Origin: Histomonas meleagridis 2922-C6/04-290x
Lineage: Eukaryota; Protista; Parabasalia
Length of the DNA: 64,000 nt
NCBI GenBank assembly: GCA_020184695.1
Contig: JAANOX010000205.1
Span: 1 to 64,000 of the forward strand
Reading direction: 5' to 3'
The translations under genes were made by a program, and so were the position numbers. Position 1 is the first letter of the stretch, and each line of letters starts with the position of its first letter. Under the pieces are notes generated by a model. It did no database searches, was not told the DNA's origin, and was given only the letters and a program-made list of their open reading frames with translations. Below, in pieces: positions 60,101 to 64,000 of this stretch.

Positions 60101-60741
60101 ATCTCAAACCGCTTCTATCGTCATTGCCGATAGAGAGCGATGACTTTTTGAACTTGATAACCGCCTTCCCCACCACTGCGATGAAATGGAGTACCAAGTT
60201 ACCGAATTCTAAGACATTACCATTATTTTCATTAATGGAGAAGTCTGAGTCATTTAAAGTTTTTCATTCCATATCCGAATCACTTCGAAATTTGAAATTA
60301 GAAAACACGACAATTAATATCGATAATAATAATCGAACAATATCTGCCGTTTATAATGAAGGGCCTGCATCGATACCAGTCAAGCTTGCGATTAGTTTCC
60401 CAAAGCGTTATCCGTTTTGTCACGTGAAAGTGGATTGCGAATTCGGAGACGAAAGTTCGAATTGCGAACACAACGTTTCGATTGCGATTATTCAGCACCA
60501 AACAATCGAAGCAGGAATCATCACGTGGCACAACTTCGTGACAAAGAGACTATGCGACGCGGAGCCGTGCACAATATGCTACTCGTACCTCAGCGAGGAA
60601 ATGAAGAAGCCAAACATCGCGTGCCCAACGTGCGGAAACAAGTTCCACGGAAAGTGTCTCCAGAAGTGGTTCTCGAAGTGCATGAAGCCAACGTGCCCTT
60701 ACTGCGCGTCGCCTTGGGACGAGAAGAAGAGAAATAAGTAA
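57178..60741 (+). CDS. LTN1: E3 ubiquitin ligase listerin (ribosome quality control)
   Basis: 1187 aa; helical body, RWD-like LAISFPKRYPF and C-terminal RING CTICY...CPTCGNKFHGKCLQKWF...CPYC. Confidence 0.9.
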   Translation: MMKSKAAKIFRPKNVPLAAFDMFSYQTNVLPPASALALNIPDQSIRSMIVNLSINNNLSTRKNAFLGMIKAVQKTSDQHIFYLMIKPICSIFDQEVTDFYQETRLLSLKLVNEVFTRIKKIENSNDTLVSMSTLVFPPLLILSCDTDTEVSKFAKDIFVGFFPTTEKRNSVISKMRREISLRLKSIFNELKKPEWSLSEKDKNDNWGRVCTAALVLATNVLAACHFSKDVYTSFGEIPLIQWMKLKDGHFEPRVTPIMRNAAYALIGFGVQCDLIQLNGSREIVQFISADTSPISQTKLISLTKILIQKKLIEVKDIQNALLKSYELYYDPETINLNSLLILIKDNEFIEKSLTKVALFKDLNTASKLFDCIFKSEPNISTNFLIELLKNSISLTPPSHFYSQCNLEYYITLKDNENIDEILKEGNELRVIEYLNLIDDKHTIVWLKSLQSIMPETLIKLINKQGCIPIRQTWKTLSNIPLKVTMIPKLVEFLLLFIHSDEVIYVIETYPECIPLLLTKWNSDYKCFQCPELLNITEELLNDNMQLIPIFIKIFPNNNNELLQMIDELIIKHLNEDGQFDPSLFEYIKPSEKLLDTIIFSDAISILYPEDKYIIPYITKRIEELINSSDPKSLATSAAKFVEVTELDPMEIKTSFNDSPLFCYEYWKIIGFDNMEPINLCKMLNCYLEKKCKFLLVYLYLHDINWNFVSKDLWNYLTKHKELIDVAHKEKLLLILSCLLAANNINFNYFKDKIDGEVMFALSDKEPPDGIEKDDLSKVIQFEWNHKVPVKPSFSIENNQSIVLRQSIVYLQHYLPTINDITEFIDVVKNNIETSNVLYFFYCIRILSLISELNIPFQSNEILLKIVQQINNIQEIPPIIEKELIGAFNIGKYMTIDQFMEFSISIVNYFTTEISPVLSRLYISLISFFNAWSIVDSCFDHKLNLSNVKSWYFITSALLAMPYQKRLKAIDDFSIDLKPLLSSLPIESDDFLNLITAFPTTAMKWSTKLPNSKTLPLFSLMEKSESFKVFHSISESLRNLKLENTTINIDNNNRTISAVYNEGPASIPVKLAISFPKRYPFCHVKVDCEFGDESSNCEHNVSIAIIQHQTIEAGIITWHNFVTKRLCDAEPCTICYSYLSEEMKKPNIACPTCGNKFHGKCLQKWFSKCMKPTCPYCASPWDEKKRNK

Positions 60742-60830
60742 AAATTTTTTATTCAATTTTTCTTTTGTGATCGGTGAAATGGAATTCGTTGCATTTTAAG
60801 CTGAAGTGAATTTGTGCCCATAATCAGTTT

Positions 60831-62246
60831 TACAGGTTATAAATGTTTTTTAATTTACTATTTATACATGAATATTGATTTACTAGTTATAAATGTTTTT
60901 TAATTTACTATTTATACATGTATATTGATTTACTAGTTATAAATGTATATTGATTTACTATTTATACATGTATATTGATTTACTGGTTATAAATGTATAT
61001 TGATTTACTATTTATACATGTATATTGATTTACTAGTTATAAATGTATATTGATTTACTATTTATACATGTATATTGATTTACTGGTTATAAATGTATAT
61101 TGATTTACTATTTATACATGTATATTGATTTACTAGTTATAAATGTATATTGATTTACTATTTATACATGTATATTGATTTACTGGTTATAAATGTATAT
61201 TGATTTACTATTTATACATGTATATTGATTTACTGGTTATAAATGTATATTGATTTACTATTTATACATGTATATTGATTTACTAGTTATAAATGTATAT
61301 TGATTTACTGGTTATAAATGTATATTGATTTACTATTTATACATGTATATTGATTTACTGGTTATAAATGTATATTGATTTACTATTTATACATGTATAT
61401 TGATTTACTGGTTATAAATGTATATTGATTTACTATTTATACATGTATATTGATTTACTGGTTATAAATGTATATTGATTTACTATTTATACATGAATAT
61501 TGATTTACTAGTTATAAATGTATATTGATTTACTATTTATACATGTATATTGATTTACTGGTTATAAATGTATATTGATTTACTATTTATACATGTATAT
61601 TGATTTACTGGTTATAAATGTATATTGATTTACTATTTATACATGTATATTGATTTACTATTTATACATGTATACTGATTTACTGGTTATAAATGTATAT
61701 TGATTTACTAGTTATAAATGTATATTGATTTACTATTTATACATGTATATTGATTTACTGGTTATAAATGTATATTGATTTACTATTTATACATGTATAT
61801 TGATTTACTAGTTATAAATGTATATTGATTTACTGGTTATAAATGTATATTGATTTACTATTTATACATGTATACTGATTTACTGGTTATAAATGTATAT
61901 TGATTTACTAGTTATAAATGTATATTGATTTACTATTTATACATGTATATTGATTTACTGGTTATAAATGTATATTGATTTACTATTTATACATGTATAT
62001 TGATTTACTGGTTATAAATGTATATTGATTTTACTATTTATACATGTATATTGATTTACTGGTTATAAATGTATATTGATTTACTATTTATACATGTATA
62101 TTGATTTACTAGTTATAAATGTATATTGATTTACTATTTATACATGTATATTGATTTACTGGTTATAAATGTATATTGATTTACTATTTATACATGTATA
62201 TTGATTTACTGGTTATAAATGTTTATAGATTTACTAGTTATGGATG
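60831..62246. repeat. 25-nt minisatellite array (about 55 units) with alternating variants
   Basis: Core TATATTGATTTACT followed by ATTTATACATG (A), GGTTATAAATG (B) or AGTTATAAATG (B'). Confidence 0.97.
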
Positions 62247-62622
62247 AATGATATCATTTGTATTTAATTGATGGTTTTTTCTTCATTTAAAATTTGATTT
62301 CCATATTTTCAAAACATAATATAAATAGGTACATAAATTTTATCCTTCTTGAAATTAAACATTTATTTTTGGATGAGAACACTTTTGAATATGTAATCCA
62401 ATCAGAACTTTGATAATATATATTAATATGATGGATAACACGACACATTATAAAATATATTGAAGAAGATGTATAAAATATTTAAACTAAACCAATGTTT
62501 ATTTATCATATTCATAAACGCATATTGCATTTGGTTATATTGCAAAACCTTATGTTGATTCTTTGTTTTGACGAATAATTAAATGTATATGTATGTACAT
62601 ATTTATTTATTAGTTTCAAATA

Positions 62623-64000
62623 TTAAATGTGATTAAAATATTTATCATCTTCAAAATCTTTAGCAAATGGATCTTCTTCCGCATTAGCTGCAGTCAATCC
62701 AACTGAAAAATTATTAACTTGTAAAACATCTGTTTGTATTACATCATCTGTTTCTTTTTCGAGAGATTTATTATTTCGATTTTTGTGAATATTATGAATT
62801 AAAATTATAATAATTGTTATAATTATAAGAATGAAAATAACAACACAAATAACAATTATAACAATAATATTCGTTTCATTATTTTGTTGGTTATCTTTTT
62901 CTTTATATTGAATAATAGTATAAAATTCAGAATAAAATTTAATATATGTCGAATAAAAAATAATCGTATATTCATAATGAATTAAAAATGTATTAGCATA
63001 AATATGTGTAGATTCAATTTTTGTTAATATCATTGAATTTATTATAAAACTTTTCGTTAATATCGTTTGCGTAAATGAATTCGTATATGTAACAATAAAT
63101 GAATGCGATAATGATGTAAATAATGGAAATGAATTCGTTATTATATTTATCAATGTCATTGACTGACTAAATGTATTCGATTTTCTAAATGTATCTGATT
63201 TACTAAATGAATATGATTCTGTAAATGAATTTGATTTAGTGAATGTTTGTGTTGATGGCTCCTTTGATAGAAAGAAATGCGATGTATTACTCAATGTACC
63301 ATAGTTATCGATTGATGCAACATGGACATAAAGATCGCCATCCTTAATATTTGATATTGTTACATTTGTTGTTTTGTAAGCGTTCGTGCTATCTTTCGTA
63401 ATATTTGTGCTTTCATTTTCATCAATAATATAATAATATTCTTTGACATATGTAGTAAGATTAAATTGAACTATTTGTGAAGTATAAGATGCATTTTCAT
63501 TTATTGTTTTACCATTAACTTTATAATTAATAATTTCTGTTACATAATTATTATCTGTATTGATTTCAACTGATCGTTCACCTTCGATTCTTGTTATATT
63601 TGGTGGATTTAGTTTATGCGGTTCTAATGAATTATCATATGAATATTGAAGTGGCGTTCGTTGATATAAATAATAAATAGTATTCACAAGAAGTTGTCGC
63701 TCATATAATGTTGCACTTGCTAATATATGTCCTGTTTGAATCATCGCTGTGTTTTTATATGTTGTCAAATAATAATGTGGATTTCCATATCTTAACTCTG
63801 AATATCCGTCAAGTTCCCATGAATATGATTCAACTTCTGTAAAATTTCCATCAGATCCAATAGCAAATTCGCCGAGTTCAGCCCAAACATCACCAAATGC
63901 TGCATTTGAATTTGTGCATGTTAAATTTATTGGTAAAACGCCACTTGGAATGTTGTACGGATAATTAGTAACTAAACCACGATTTGTGACTTTGATTTCA
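62623..64000 (-). CDS. Type I surface protein (5' end outside the window) with S/T stalk, TM and DPF tail
   Basis: Frame is open from the window end to the TAA at 62623; TFTKSNSF stalk, Ile/Val-rich TM and EEDPFAKDF tail. Confidence 0.8.
   Translation of the reverse strand, partial: EIKVTNRGLVTNYPYNIPSGVLPINLTCTNSNAAFGDVWAELGEFAIGSDGNFTEVESYSWELDGYSELRYGNPHYYLTTYKNTAMIQTGHILASATLYERQLLVNTIYYLYQRTPLQYSYDNSLEPHKLNPPNITRIEGERSVEINTDNNYVTEIINYKVNGKTINENASYTSQIVQFNLTTYVKEYYYIIDENESTNITKDSTNAYKTTNVTISNIKDGDLYVHVASIDNYGTLSNTSHFFLSKEPSTQTFTKSNSFTESYSFSKSDTFRKSNTFSQSMTLINIITNSFPLFTSLSHSFIVTYTNSFTQTILTKSFIINSMILTKIESTHIYANTFLIHYEYTIIFYSTYIKFYSEFYTIIQYKEKDNQQNNETNIIVIIVICVVIFILIIITIIIILIHNIHKNRNNKSLEKETDDVIQTDVLQVNNFSVGLTAANAEEDPFAKDFEDDKYFNHI

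Noticed and set aside
60831-62246. CRISPR-like array (constant core plus variable part)
   Set aside because: Variable parts are only 11 nt with about three recurring variants, not unique spacers; eukaryotic context and no cas genes.

Overview
This is about 64 kb of very AT-rich, gene-dense, almost intron-free eukaryotic DNA. It is inferred to come from a parabasalid (Trichomonas/Tritrichomonas-like), based on BspA LRR surface proteins, DUF3447-type ankyrin genes, TCA(T/C)T initiator and M3/M5-like promoter motifs, a 25-nt spliceosomal intron and a hydrogenosomal-type presequence. Housekeeping genes include RPL7, MOB1, MBF1, LTN1, WNK, V-ATPase G, a Ras-like GTPase, Myb, bromodomain, Kelch and WD40 proteins, GT61, an MRH receptor and an iron-sulfur flavoprotein. 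These are mixed with three BspA paralogues, decayed Tc1/mariner elements, several pseudogenes and a 1.4-kb 25-mer minisatellite. Main observation: in three ankyrin genes (A 4672-7490 +, C 14506-17499 +, D 47449-49846 -), all 27 ankyrin junctions I read are interrupted at the same place by two AT-rich inserts. These are usually 51 nt and 17 nt, flank a 6-nt Phe-Gly micro-segment, and have no GT-AG or branch-point signals. Removing both rebuilds canonical D-x-x-G-x-T-A-L ankyrin repeats in one frame up to a natural stop. This suggests a non-canonical splicing, bypassing or DNA-level processing system, or else a repeat amplified with its interruptions. All counts were made by hand. Several frameshifts lie in homopolymers and may be assembly errors.
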